Positions 37,459 through 47,481 of a stretch of DNA of 64,000 nucleotides are shown piece after piece. Position 1 is the first letter of the stretch. Each line of letters begins with the position of its first letter. This DNA comes from Minisyncoccota bacterium. Its GTDB lineage: Bacteria; Patescibacteriota; Minisyncoccia; Phycocordibacterales; GWA1-40-21. The notes below the pieces were generated by a model. The model saw only the letters and a list, made by a program, of their open reading frames with translations, was not told where the DNA came from and ran no database searches. The translations under genes and the position numbers were made by a program. Location: NCBI GenBank assembly GCA_041664585.1, contig JBAYKL010000002.1:13494-77493 (forward strand), given 5' to 3'.

Positions 37459-38454
37459 TTATTTTGTAGCATCTAAATAACTTTTAATTATTTTTTCTAC
37501 TTCCTTTTCTGTATTACATTGCATAAGTTCATTTCTCAATTCTTTTGCTCCATCAAATCCATTCACATACGCTTTAAAATGCTTTTTCATTACAGCAAAA
37601 TTCTTTTGATTCTTTAATAGTTTATTAAAAAGCTTGGTGTGTTCTACGAGTACTTTTAGTTTTTCTTTTATAGAAACTTCTTTTGTTCTCTTAGAATCAA
37701 AGAGCCAAGGATTTCCAAAAATCCCCCTCCCTATCATCACTCCTTCAAATACAGTATCTTTTATTTTCTCTTTACCATCTTTTGGAGATTTAATATCACC
37801 GTTTGCAATGAGGACAACTTCTTTATCTATACCTCTAACAAATTCAGAAATCTCTTTTGCAAGTTCCCAGTGTGCATCAACCTTGGACATCTCTTTTCTA
37901 GTACGTAAGTGTACCGTAAGAGCAACCGGCTTTTCTGCCAAAACTTCTGTGAGCCAATTTTGATAATCTATTTTGTTATATCCAATTCTTGTTTTCACAG
38001 ATATTGGAAGATTCGGCGCACCTCTTTTTGCGGCTTTTATGACTTCTCTGGCAATTTTAGGGTTCTTCATCATTGCAGACCCTGCTCCCTGTTTCTCTAC
38101 CTTTCTATCAGGACAACCCATATTGAGATCAATACCATCAAAACCAAGCTCCGAGATTATTTTACAAGTAGTTTCAATGTTTTCTGGTTTGGAACCAAAT
38201 ATCTGAGCAATTACTGGTTTCTCTTTTTTAGAAAACTCTAAATCTTGAAGAAGCGGCTTTCTGCCTTTTAGAGATGCAATTCCATCTGCAGCAACAAATT
38301 CAGTCCAAAATACATCTGGCCCACCACCTGTTTCCCCATGTCTACTATATTTAGCGATTATTTGTCTAAAGGCAATATCAGTAACATCTGCCATAGGTGC
38401 AAGACAAGTAAAGCCTTTATTTTTTCTTATTTTCTCCCAAAAATTCTTTTTCAC
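37459..38454 (-). CDS. dus: tRNA-dihydrouridine synthase
   Basis: LAPMADVTD, GFDGIDLNMGCP and catalytic Cys in a TIM barrel; C-terminal helical domain. Confidence 0.8.
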   Translation of the reverse strand: MKKNFWEKIRKNKGFTCLAPMADVTDIAFRQIIAKYSRHGETGGGPDVFWTEFVAADGIASLKGRKPLLQDLEFSKKEKPVIAQIFGSKPENIETTCKIISELGFDGIDLNMGCPDRKVEKQGAGSAMMKNPKIAREVIKAAKRGAPNLPISVKTRIGYNKIDYQNWLTEVLAEKPVALTVHLRTRKEMSKVDAHWELAKEISEFVRGIDKEVVLIANGDIKSPKDGKEKIKDTVFEGVMIGRGIFGNPWLFDSKRTKEVSIKEKLKVLVEHTKLFNKLLKNQKNFAVMKKHFKAYVNGFDGAKELRNELMQCNTEKEVEKIIKSYLDATK

Positions 38455-38516
38455 AAGGTGATTCTAGCATTTATTTTATCTTTGACCAAGATACAAAAAA
38501 ATGTTATTTTATAAAC

Positions 38517-39044
38517 ATGGCAACAAAAATATTACAGAAAGATAATCCGATACTTAGACAAATCTCTAAGTCTATTTTGGAAAAAGAAATAAAAAGCCCT
38601 AAGATCAAAAAGATTATCTTAGATATGAAAAAAGCTCTAAATTCCCAAGAAGATGGAATCGCTATTTCTGCTATTCAGATAGCCGAACCAGTAAGAATCT
38701 TTTTGATCTCAAAAAAGATATTTGAAATACTTGGAGAAAACAAGGATGAAATAAGAGAGAAAGTCAAAGATCTAATCTTTATAAATCCTAAGATTAAAAA
38801 GTTTTCAAAAGAAAAACAGCTCCTTGAAGAAGGATGTCTCTCTGTAAGATATTTATATGGAAAAGTTTCAAGATGTAAAAAAGTTCAAGTAGAAGCTACT
38901 GATGAAAATGGAAATAAATTTTCTAGAGGATTTTCTGGTCTTTTGGCTCAGATAATTCAACATGAAAATGATCACTTGGATGGCATTCTTTTTATTGACA
39001 AAGCTATAGATATAGAGGAAATTAAACCAGAAAATATTAAATAA
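38517..39044 (+). CDS. def: peptide deformylase
   Basis: GIAISAIQ, EGCLS and QHENDHLDG motifs. Confidence 0.85.
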   Translation: MATKILQKDNPILRQISKSILEKEIKSPKIKKIILDMKKALNSQEDGIAISAIQIAEPVRIFLISKKIFEILGENKDEIREKVKDLIFINPKIKKFSKEKQLLEEGCLSVRYLYGKVSRCKKVQVEATDENGNKFSRGFSGLLAQIIQHENDHLDGILFIDKAIDIEEIKPENIK

Positions 39045-39908
39045 ATGTTTAATCAAAAAATTAAAATAGCGTTTTGGGGAAGTTCTGATTTTTCTGTTAT
39101 CGCAGTAGAAGAATTAAAAAAACTTGGTATTATACCTGAGCTTATTGTTACAACTCCGGACAAACCACAAGGTAGGAAAATGGTACTCACACCAACTCCT
39201 GTAAAAGCTTGGGCCGTAGAAAACAGTATAGAATGTGTCACTCCATCAAAACTAAAGGACCCAGAATTTTTAAAAAAGATAAAAGAATACAATCTTATGA
39301 TCGTAGCTTCGTATGGAAAGATAATTCCACAGGAGGTTATAAATATCCCTGAATATAAAATATTAAACATCCATCCGTCTCTATTACCAAAATACAGAGG
39401 TTCTTCCCCACTTCAATCTCAAATATTAAACGATGAATTTGAAGTCGGAGTATCAATAATGCAAGTGGATATTGAAATGGACCATGGTCCCATAATTACT
39501 CAAAGAAAATTTGTGATAAACAACTGGCCTATTGGCTTTACTGAATTACAAGATATTTTAGCAAAAGAGGGTGCAAAAATTATCTCTGAAATATTGCCTG
39601 ATTGGGTAAAAGGAAATATAGAAACGAAGGAACAAAAACATTCTGAGGCAACTTTCACAAAAAAAGTAGAAAAAAAAGATGGATTTATTGATATAATAAA
39701 CGGAGACCAATTTAAAAACTACCTAAAAATTCTTGCCTATGAAGAATGGCCTAGGGCATATTTCCAAATAGAAAAGAAAGGAATAAAAACCAGAATTATA
39801 ATTAAAAGCGCCACCTGGGAAGATGGGGCTCTTAAAATACTTCGGGTTATACCAGAGGGTAAAAAGGAAATGGATTATAAATCTTTTCTTTTGGGATTAC
39901 AAAATTAA
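39045..39908 (+). CDS. fmt: methionyl-tRNA formyltransferase
   Basis: formyltransferase N-terminal domain (NIHPSLLPKYRGSSP) plus C-terminal domain; start abuts the def stop. Confidence 0.85.
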   Translation: MFNQKIKIAFWGSSDFSVIAVEELKKLGIIPELIVTTPDKPQGRKMVLTPTPVKAWAVENSIECVTPSKLKDPEFLKKIKEYNLMIVASYGKIIPQEVINIPEYKILNIHPSLLPKYRGSSPLQSQILNDEFEVGVSIMQVDIEMDHGPIITQRKFVINNWPIGFTELQDILAKEGAKIISEILPDWVKGNIETKEQKHSEATFTKKVEKKDGFIDIINGDQFKNYLKILAYEEWPRAYFQIEKKGIKTRIIIKSATWEDGALKILRVIPEGKKEMDYKSFLLGLQN

Positions 39909-39935
39909 TTGTAAAAAGAACTGGGCGTTGTTGAG

Positions 39936-39961
39936 CGATAATAATTTATCGCTTTTTGCAT
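39936..39961 (+). terminator. intrinsic terminator after fmt
   Basis: agcgataataatttatcgct plus T-run. Confidence 0.5.
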
Positions 39962-40043
39962 TCCATATGCTACATGACAGACGTATAAAACAAAAATCAT
40001 TATGAGAGTAAAGGAAATCGCCACGGTCTTTTTGCTTAATTTC

Positions 40044-40418
40044 CTATTTAGGATCATATATACCTTTCAATAGATCTTTGATTTTTGCTCCACCCTTTCT
40101 AAAAAAACTGTTTTTCTTTTCTTTATAAGATTTCAAGGCTTTTGCCATTTCATCATTTACAGAATCTATAGCCGAATATAAGTCTTCTTTCTCTGATACC
40201 GCTCTGAGAGTCTTCCCTCCAAGATGTAAATTAAATTCCGCTTTAAAGATATCCCCAGTCTTATGATGATTACTAGTCTTACCAATATCTACATAACACA
40301 TTACTACCTCCATTTCTTCGGGGTTTATAAATTTATCCAAGTGAGAAAGTCTTTTTTCCACATACTCAGTAATAGCAGGAGTTAGAAAAGTATTTGTCAT
40401 TTTAATATTGTGCTTCAT
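40044..40418 (-). CDS. hpf: ribosome hibernation promoting factor (HPF/RaiA family)
   Basis: 124 aa; sigma-54-modulation/YfiA fold pattern (TPAITEYVEKRLSHLDKF...). Confidence 0.75.
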   Translation of the reverse strand: MKHNIKMTNTFLTPAITEYVEKRLSHLDKFINPEEMEVVMCYVDIGKTSNHHKTGDIFKAEFNLHLGGKTLRAVSEKEDLYSAIDSVNDEMAKALKSYKEKKNSFFRKGGAKIKDLLKGIYDPK

Positions 40419-40422
40419 AATT

Positions 40423-40644
40423 TTATTTATCTAAACTTATAATCTTGCCCGGAGAGTGATGACCGCTCACTATCCTTACATCACCATTATACACCTTAAA
40501 ATATTCACGGACCAGTTCAATTACTCTTTTGTTTGCTAATCCTCTTTCTGCTGGTTCTTTCACAGTTATATCAAAATGATCCTCGGATTTTTTGACGAAC
40601 TTCTCTGTTTTTGCACCTGCTTTTACTTTTACCTTTATATACAT
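40423..40644 (-). CDS. DUF167/YggU family protein
   Basis: 73 aa; IKVKVKAGAK...VRIVSGHHSPGK pattern. Confidence 0.6.
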   Translation of the reverse strand: MYIKVKVKAGAKTEKFVKKSEDHFDITVKEPAERGLANKRVIELVREYFKVYNGDVRIVSGHHSPGKIISLDK

Positions 40645-40675
40645 ATATAAAGGTATATATTAACCCCTAAATTAT

Positions 40676-40720
40676 AAAAAACAAAATCCCCAGGACTTAG
40701 TCCTGGGGATTTTGTTTTAC
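40676..40720. terminator. bidirectional intrinsic terminator
   Basis: aaaatccccaggacttagtcctggggatttt. Confidence 0.7.
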
Positions 40721-40731
40721 CAAGTGAGATA

Positions 40732-41007
40732 TTATCTCATAGGTCTGAAAGGTCTCTTTTCAAGTGGTTTTGCTTCGTTGACGGTAAGCTTTCTACCATC
40801 CATTTCAACACCGTTGAATGATTCAATAGCTTTATCAGCTTCATCATCATTAACCATGCTTACGAAACCAAATCCTCTTGATCTGCCAGTCATTTTGTCT
40901 ATCATAACGATAGCTGACTCAACAGCGCCGGCCTTTGCGAAGAAATCTGCTAACGCAGCATCATTTGCTGAGTAAGGAAGATTTCCTACATATAATTTCT
41001 TTGCCAT
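40732..41007 (-). CDS. RRM-type RNA-binding protein
   Basis: RNP2 LYVGNL and RNP1 RGFGFVSM. Confidence 0.85.
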   Translation of the reverse strand: MAKKLYVGNLPYSANDAALADFFAKAGAVESAIVMIDKMTGRSRGFGFVSMVNDDEADKAIESFNGVEMDGRKLTVNEAKPLEKRPFRPMR

Positions 41008-41289
41008 TTGTTTTCAATTTTCTACTAAAGTCGCAGAAACGACCTAAAATCTCAAACGGCTAAGAAAAACTTAAACCTACGAGAATTGTTACTGCTTTGC
41101 TAGTATAGCACAAATAAAACAATAAATCAACCTTACCCAATACTTTAATTATTTCGTCAATATATACTTAATAGTTTTAACTATAGTATCCCTATAAAGC
41201 CACTGGATAAATCAAAGAAGTACATCAATCATCTAATATCTACAAAAACAGTGTACAAATAAGCATTTTTCTGTTAGAATACTCCGACA

Positions 41290-43296
41290 ATGAACAAACA
41301 GAAAGAATACAAGAAATTTGCTGGTAAAGATAAAAGAAACAAAACTCCTTTTAAAAATCAACAAAAGAAGCAAGGCAAGACAATACTAGGAACCATTAAA
41401 TCAGTCAGAGGGAATGTCGCCTACTTCATATCTGATTTAGATTCATCTATGGTTGAAATATCTACTAGAGATCTAAACACTGCGATGGCTCAAGACAAAG
41501 TAGAAGTTTCAGTTTTTGGTAAAACAAAATCTGGAGAACCTATGGGTAAAGTAGTATCTGTAATAACAAGAAACAAAAAAGTGTTTGTTGGTACAATTCA
41601 GATATATAAAAATGAATTTTTTGCTGTACCAGATGATAGAAAAATAAAACTTACAATAAAAATCTCAAAAGAGAAATTAAAAGAAGCAAAAGAAGGAGAC
41701 AAGGTACAAGCAAGAATAACTAAATGGGAAATCCTACCAAAATATTCTGAAGGTGAAGTCCTAGAAATAATCGGTAAGAAAGGTGAAAACAATACCGAGA
41801 TGTCTTCTATTGTTTTAGACAGAGGTTTTGAAGTAACTTTCCCAGATAAAGTAGAAGCAGAAGCTACTAAAATTGCCGCAGCAAACAAAACTGTACCAAA
41901 AGAAGAATTCGCAAAAAGAAAAGATTTAAGAAATACTCTTACTTTCACTATTGACCCGAAAACAGCAAAAGATTTTGATGATGCTATATCATTCAAAACC
42001 CTTGATAATGGTAATTATGAAATCGGTGTCCACATCGCTGATGTATCTCACTATGTCACAGAGAGAAGCGAACTAGACAAAGAAGCTTACAAAAGAAGCT
42101 GCTCTGTATATCTTCCAGACAGAACAATCCCTATGCTCCCCTTTGAGCTTTCAGACAATCTTTGTAGCTTAAATGAGAATGAGGAGAAACTCGCTTTTTC
42201 TGCTATTTTTGAAATGGATAAAAATACGCATATCAAATCAAAATGGTTTGGTAAGTCTGTTATTAAATCCGCAAAAAGATTTACATACGAAAGCGCACAA
42301 GATTCAATAAACGACAAGACGGCTCAGTATCACAAAGAGCTAGCCGAGCTCAATCGTCTTGCAAAAATAATGCGTAAAGTAAAGACAGAAAAAGGTGCAA
42401 TAGATTTTGAACAAGATGAAATCGCTTTTGAGCTAGATGAGAAAGGCGTTCCAATAAAAATATATAAAAAAGCAAGATTAGACACGCACAAGCTTGTCGA
42501 AGAATATATGCTTCTTGCAAACAGAGAGGTCGCAGAGTTTGTATACAAATTCGAAAAGAAAAGTGGAAAGGTTATTCCCCTTCCATACAGAATTCACGAT
42601 CTCCCAGACAAAGAAAGAATTGGTGAACTTGCTATCTTCGTAAAAGCTCTTGGACATCAATTATTCATAAACAAAACAGGTTCTGTTACTGGTAAAGATA
42701 TGCAAGCTCTTTTTGCTCAGGTAGAAGGAAAAGCTGAAGAAGGTTTGATAAAGACAGCAGCAATACGCTCAATGTCAAAAGCTATTTACTCTGTAAAAAA
42801 TATTGGACACTTCGGTCTAGCTTTTGAATATTATACTCACTTCACTTCCCCTATCAGAAGATATCCTGACTTACTCGTACACAGAATGGTACAAAAAATC
42901 CTTACAGGAGAAAAAATAGATGAAAGAAATTATGCTTTCTATGAAAATGCTGCAAGACACAGCACTGACCAAGAAATAAAATCTGCAGAAGCAGAAAGAG
43001 AAGGAAGAAAGTACAAGCAGATTGAATTTATGCAAAATAAAGTCGGACAAGTTTTTGAAGGTTCAATCACTGGTGTTACTGAATGGGGTATTTATGCAGA
43101 AGACACAGAAACAAAAGCTGAAGGTATGATAAAACTTTCTTCACTTGGTGATGACTTCTACGTACTCGATGCAAAAAATTATAAAATAGTTGGAGAGAAA
43201 ACAAAAAATACTTACACTCTCGGACAAAAAGTTAAGATAAAATTGGTTAGTGCTGACTTAGACAGAAAGACGATGGATTATGAGATAGTGAAATAA
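41290..43296 (+). CDS. rnr: ribonuclease R (RNB family)
   Basis: cold-shock/OB N-terminus, RNB catalytic domain (TIDPKTAKDFDDAISF) and C-terminal S1 domain. Confidence 0.85.
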   Translation: MNKQKEYKKFAGKDKRNKTPFKNQQKKQGKTILGTIKSVRGNVAYFISDLDSSMVEISTRDLNTAMAQDKVEVSVFGKTKSGEPMGKVVSVITRNKKVFVGTIQIYKNEFFAVPDDRKIKLTIKISKEKLKEAKEGDKVQARITKWEILPKYSEGEVLEIIGKKGENNTEMSSIVLDRGFEVTFPDKVEAEATKIAAANKTVPKEEFAKRKDLRNTLTFTIDPKTAKDFDDAISFKTLDNGNYEIGVHIADVSHYVTERSELDKEAYKRSCSVYLPDRTIPMLPFELSDNLCSLNENEEKLAFSAIFEMDKNTHIKSKWFGKSVIKSAKRFTYESAQDSINDKTAQYHKELAELNRLAKIMRKVKTEKGAIDFEQDEIAFELDEKGVPIKIYKKARLDTHKLVEEYMLLANREVAEFVYKFEKKSGKVIPLPYRIHDLPDKERIGELAIFVKALGHQLFINKTGSVTGKDMQALFAQVEGKAEEGLIKTAAIRSMSKAIYSVKNIGHFGLAFEYYTHFTSPIRRYPDLLVHRMVQKILTGEKIDERNYAFYENAARHSTDQEIKSAEAEREGRKYKQIEFMQNKVGQVFEGSITGVTEWGIYAEDTETKAEGMIKLSSLGDDFYVLDAKNYKIVGEKTKNTYTLGQKVKIKLVSADLDRKTMDYEIVK

Positions 43297-43299
43297 AAA

Positions 43300-43332
43300 A
43301 AGCGGTTCCCAAAAAGGAACCGCTTTTGAACA
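43300..43332. terminator. bidirectional intrinsic terminator
   Basis: aaaaaagcggttcccaaaaaggaaccgcttttg. Confidence 0.7.
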
Positions 43333-43344
43333 ACCCTTTTTTCA

Positions 43345-44733
43345 TTAGATTGTTCTGACCGGAAAAGGTTCAGTGCCAAGATTAGCAAGATTTCTCCCGC
43401 AATACCTCGCACCTTCACCACATTTACCAGTCTGCATGCATGGAGGCTCAAAGAAAGATAAGACCTCCTCATTACCTGCAAGATGCTTTCTGGCACCACA
43501 GCTCAATTGATATATTTCTTCTTGAGCGCAGAGACAGAGACGTTTTGCCTGTTCGTGTGCAATGGCATTAATCGTCCCTGACTTTTCGTATGTCACCATC
43601 GCACCATAAGGAGCCAGAACTGCAGCCAGAGTCTTTGGTAGCTCTTTAGACAACTTTAGCCAAGCTACCATCAAAACCTCAAGCTCCACGTCAGCCCCCA
43701 GTTGTTTTAATAACGGCGGCGAATATACAAAACCGTTGAATGAAGGCTCTGTTCTTCTGACTGTTCTGTGCCGCTGATCCTGCCCCATAGTGGCACAAGA
43801 GATAGATATCTCCATGCTGATATTTGATGCATTGTTGTCCATCAAACACGGCAGGAAATGTAACCTATCAACCGGATGCATATCATCTTTCCCCGGTTTT
43901 TTAATCCTGGGTACGTACAGGTTTTTCAGTCCACAGGATGGATGATATTCCGTTCCTGCGTAGAAACCTGGAATAAACGGCACCCAATCCTGTTTTTTCC
44001 TTCTCTCCTCTACAAAGGCAAAGGATATTTCCGGAAATTTCTCCAGGACTAAGTCCCGCATCATATCAGTCACGTTCCTCAACACCGGACTCCACGAGCA
44101 CTCCCACATAGTAACAAGAGTGATCAAATCAATCGTGTAGTCCAACCCGGTCGGCATTATTATTGGAATAAACATCCGCATTTGCTCTTGAGCAATCTTG
44201 GGGAAGTTATTTTTAAAAGAATCTGGTGCATTCGGTCTTTCCTTTTGAGAAACCTTCGCAACCAAATCTGTAGCCGAATCAATATAGTAACGGTAGCGAG
44301 CAATCGCCTTGTCGATGTAATACCCGATTTTATTCATCTGAGAACGGCTAAGCCCCGGCCAGTGAGCATTAATATATTCCATCAGACGTTTTTTGTCTGG
44401 ATTGGAATACATCGCTGCGCAAAAACGACCACTTCGTTGATCCGTATTATAGAACGGATGTGTTAGGTGCAGACCAAATGTCACATCACCCACAGAGACC
44501 CCCTCGATGCCAAAAGTAAAACTGGAGTGTTCCATGGTTGTGTGATGTCCAACTTTGAATAATCTTTCCTTAATATCGATCATGTCACCTAGCATAGGCG
44601 TTTCAGCACCATAGCAATATTTCGCAGCGTGTGAAGCCAAAATTTCTGGCGACACACTAGGCAAACAAACCAAACCGACCTCAATTGTTCCAGAGGTTTT
44701 TGATGGGATTACATTACCATTCTTGTCTTTCAT
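43345..44733 (-). CDS. thyX: tandem-duplicated ThyX-like flavin-dependent thymidylate synthase with Cys-rich C-terminus (GC-elevated)
   Basis: first half has a ThyX-like HHTTMEHSSFTFGIEGVS region with a degenerate RHR; second half has the canonical RHRTVRRTEPS (RHR-x7-S); C-terminus carries CxC...C...C; 462 aa. Confidence 0.55.
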   Translation of the reverse strand: MKDKNGNVIPSKTSGTIEVGLVCLPSVSPEILASHAAKYCYGAETPMLGDMIDIKERLFKVGHHTTMEHSSFTFGIEGVSVGDVTFGLHLTHPFYNTDQRSGRFCAAMYSNPDKKRLMEYINAHWPGLSRSQMNKIGYYIDKAIARYRYYIDSATDLVAKVSQKERPNAPDSFKNNFPKIAQEQMRMFIPIIMPTGLDYTIDLITLVTMWECSWSPVLRNVTDMMRDLVLEKFPEISFAFVEERRKKQDWVPFIPGFYAGTEYHPSCGLKNLYVPRIKKPGKDDMHPVDRLHFLPCLMDNNASNISMEISISCATMGQDQRHRTVRRTEPSFNGFVYSPPLLKQLGADVELEVLMVAWLKLSKELPKTLAAVLAPYGAMVTYEKSGTINAIAHEQAKRLCLCAQEEIYQLSCGARKHLAGNEEVLSFFEPPCMQTGKCGEGARYCGRNLANLGTEPFPVRTI

Positions 44734-44822
44734 TTTCCTGTCCTTTCAGTTTATGTTAAACAACCAAATCTAAATAAACCTTACATAATAAAAATAGTAA
44801 AGTCAAACAACAAAAGATTGCG

Positions 44823-47114
44823 TTATTTCGCAACCTGCACTGCTTCCTCAAATTGTATTGATAGAAGCCTTGAGATACCATCTGAGCCCATTGTGACTCC
44901 ATATATGACCCCTGCGCGAGACATTGTTTCTCTATTGTGGGTTATAAGAATAAGCTGAGAATATTTAGAAAGGTTGGCTATCATATCTCCATATTTTCTA
45001 GAATTTGCTTCGTCGAGTGCTGCGTCTGTTTCATCCAAGATGATAAATGGTGGTGGATTAACCTGAGAGATCGCAAAAAGAAGTGCAATAGAAGTAAGAG
45101 CTCTTTCTCCACCTGAGAGCATCATCAAACCTTTTATTTTCTTCTTCGGTAAATTTACTTCTATATCAAGACCCTCTTCTTGTTCTTCCTCTTCTTCGGT
45201 AAGATCACCAACTTCCCCTTCACCAGGGACAGTCAAATCTGTATCAGATCTTTTTCTCTTCTTTTCTTTTACCAAAGAAAGTTTAGCAGAACCTCCACCG
45301 AACATTGCAGTAAAGAATTCTTGAAATTGAATATTTATTTTTGTAACACCAAGCCTAAATTCATTTGTAAGTTTTTCATCAAGTTCTTTTATAAGAATTT
45401 TTAGAGATTCGGAAGACTTAAACAAATCTTCAAGCTCTTTTGCTAAGAAAACATCTCTTTCAGAAGTTTCTTTAAACTCTTTCATTATTTCATCGCCACC
45501 AGCGACACCAGCATCTTCCAAGCGAATTTTTATCTTCTCAAGTGCTCTGCGTCTATCTTCCTGAACTTGTCTTGGTTCACTTATAATTTCTTCTAAGGAA
45601 ATAGCCACACCACCTTCATTTACTGGCCAAAAATCTTTATATCTCAAAGCCTGAATGCCCACAAGGATTCCACCTTCTTGTAATTCCCTCTTTAAATCTT
45701 CTTCATTTTTTCTTAAGATACTTTCTCTGCCTTCAAGATTGCTTAAGTGCCCACGAATATCATTCTGCTCTGCAACGATTCTAAACAATGCTTTTTCTGC
45801 GTCTCTATTTGAATCTCTTTCTTTTTCTATTTCGCTCTTCAAAAATACATATTGCTCTTCAAGCTCTGTTTCTAGCTTTTCTGCATCTTTTATTTTCAAT
45901 TCATATCCACCTTTTTCAGATTCTAATCCCTTAATATCACTTTCAATTTCTTGCTCGGCTTGTTTATTTTCACTTTCTTTGTTTCTTTCTATAAAATCCT
46001 TAAGGAGTTTCTTGATGTTTCTAAAAATCTCTTTAACCTTTGATATATCAGAAGTTTCAAAAGCTCCATCGATTTCTAAATCTATTTCTTTTGTGACATT
46101 TTCTACCTGAGAAAGTAAAACCGTCTTGTTCGTCATCGCACTATTTGCATCTTTCTGTTTTTTGAGAAGACGAATAAGAGAGGAGATTTCTCCCTCTATT
46201 CTACCAACATTTCTCATGAGAGAGTCCTTCAAAATACGAGTTTCTTTGAGCTTCCCTTCAACTTCCATAACCTTCTCGCTTTTATGATCTCTAGTATTTG
46301 ATTTGGCTAAAGTTTCTTTAGCTTCAGCCAGCTCCTTTTCTAATTCTTCTTTCTTTTTTAAAAGAGGTTCTTTTTCTGACAAAACACTTTTTCTTTCATT
46401 ATTTAAATATGATTCCTCACGGCAAAAGTACTCATGATACATCTTAGTGAGATCAGTTTTCATTTCTACTGCCTTTTCTATTTTTTCTACTTGTTTCTTA
46501 AGGAAACGAATATGCGGAGCAATCTCTCTTCTTAAAGATTCAACTTGTTTAATATTTTCTTCTGTCTTATCAAGCTTTCTTATACTCTCTTCTTTTTTGT
46601 ATTGATATATTTTTAATCCAAGAGCATCCTCTATCATTTCCCTTCTCTCTCTAGTATTTGCATTAAGTACCTTATCAGCCTCACCTTGAGAAATAATATG
46701 GTGTCCAGAAGCACCAATATGCGCACCCGCAAGAAGTTCTATAATATCTTTTAATCTTACAAGACTTCCATTTATAAAATACTCACTGGAAGAATCTCTG
46801 TGTACTACACGCTCCAAAGCAACTTCATCAAAATCAAGATTGAGTACTCTTTGTACGTTGTTGAAAATAAGTTTTACAGAAGCTCTATTTGCACGAGGTG
46901 CATCTTTACCTCCATTGAAAATTAAATCCTCAGCTCTTTTACCACGAAGAGATTTTATAGATTGTTCACCAAGCACAAAACGAAATGCTTCTGCGGCATT
47001 TGATTTACCAGAACCGTTTGGACCAACAACAGCAGAAATAGGTGTATTGAAATCTAATACACTTTTTTTAGCAAACGATTTAAAACCAGCAATTTCAATA
47101 CTTTTTAAATACAT
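44823..47114 (-). CDS. smc: SMC-family chromosome segregation ATPase (short, 763 aa)
   Basis: N-terminal Walker A FKSFAKKSVLDF...GPNGSGKSN; long coiled coils; C-terminal LSGGERALTSIALLFAI...ILDETDAALD. Confidence 0.8.
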   Translation of the reverse strand: MYLKSIEIAGFKSFAKKSVLDFNTPISAVVGPNGSGKSNAAEAFRFVLGEQSIKSLRGKRAEDLIFNGGKDAPRANRASVKLIFNNVQRVLNLDFDEVALERVVHRDSSSEYFINGSLVRLKDIIELLAGAHIGASGHHIISQGEADKVLNANTRERREMIEDALGLKIYQYKKEESIRKLDKTEENIKQVESLRREIAPHIRFLKKQVEKIEKAVEMKTDLTKMYHEYFCREESYLNNERKSVLSEKEPLLKKKEELEKELAEAKETLAKSNTRDHKSEKVMEVEGKLKETRILKDSLMRNVGRIEGEISSLIRLLKKQKDANSAMTNKTVLLSQVENVTKEIDLEIDGAFETSDISKVKEIFRNIKKLLKDFIERNKESENKQAEQEIESDIKGLESEKGGYELKIKDAEKLETELEEQYVFLKSEIEKERDSNRDAEKALFRIVAEQNDIRGHLSNLEGRESILRKNEEDLKRELQEGGILVGIQALRYKDFWPVNEGGVAISLEEIISEPRQVQEDRRRALEKIKIRLEDAGVAGGDEIMKEFKETSERDVFLAKELEDLFKSSESLKILIKELDEKLTNEFRLGVTKINIQFQEFFTAMFGGGSAKLSLVKEKKRKRSDTDLTVPGEGEVGDLTEEEEEQEEGLDIEVNLPKKKIKGLMMLSGGERALTSIALLFAISQVNPPPFIILDETDAALDEANSRKYGDMIANLSKYSQLILITHNRETMSRAGVIYGVTMGSDGISRLLSIQFEEAVQVAK

Positions 47115-47121
47115 ACGGAAA

Positions 47122-47466
47122 TTATTCTATTTTATATAAATCTTTTATAAACTTCTCAATCTTTTTATCTGGGGTATCAAAAAGCATTTCTTCATCTTGA
47201 AATCCGCTACCTATAAGTCTATGCCAAAGAATATATTCTTTGGGCTTTAAATCTGCACTTTCAAGCTCATGCTCAAAAGTGGCTATTTTCTTTCTGTCTT
47301 CAGCAAACTCTTCTTTAGCAATTAAGTCCTGACTAAGCTTTAAATAATAAGCTTCTATTTCTTTAGTTATATCGTCCCAAACAACTTGCTGTTCTTCAGG
47401 CAAATCAAAATTACCCTCTTCATCTACAATTATTCTCTTGGGTTGTTCCGGTATTTTCTCTGTCAT
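47122..47466 (-). CDS. acidic hypothetical protein
   Basis: 114-aa ORF between rnc and smc. Confidence 0.4.
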   Translation of the reverse strand: MTEKIPEQPKRIIVDEEGNFDLPEEQQVVWDDITKEIEAYYLKLSQDLIAKEEFAEDRKKIATFEHELESADLKPKEYILWHRLIGSGFQDEEMLFDTPDKKIEKFIKDLYKIE

Positions 47467-47481
47467 GTAAATATTATACCA

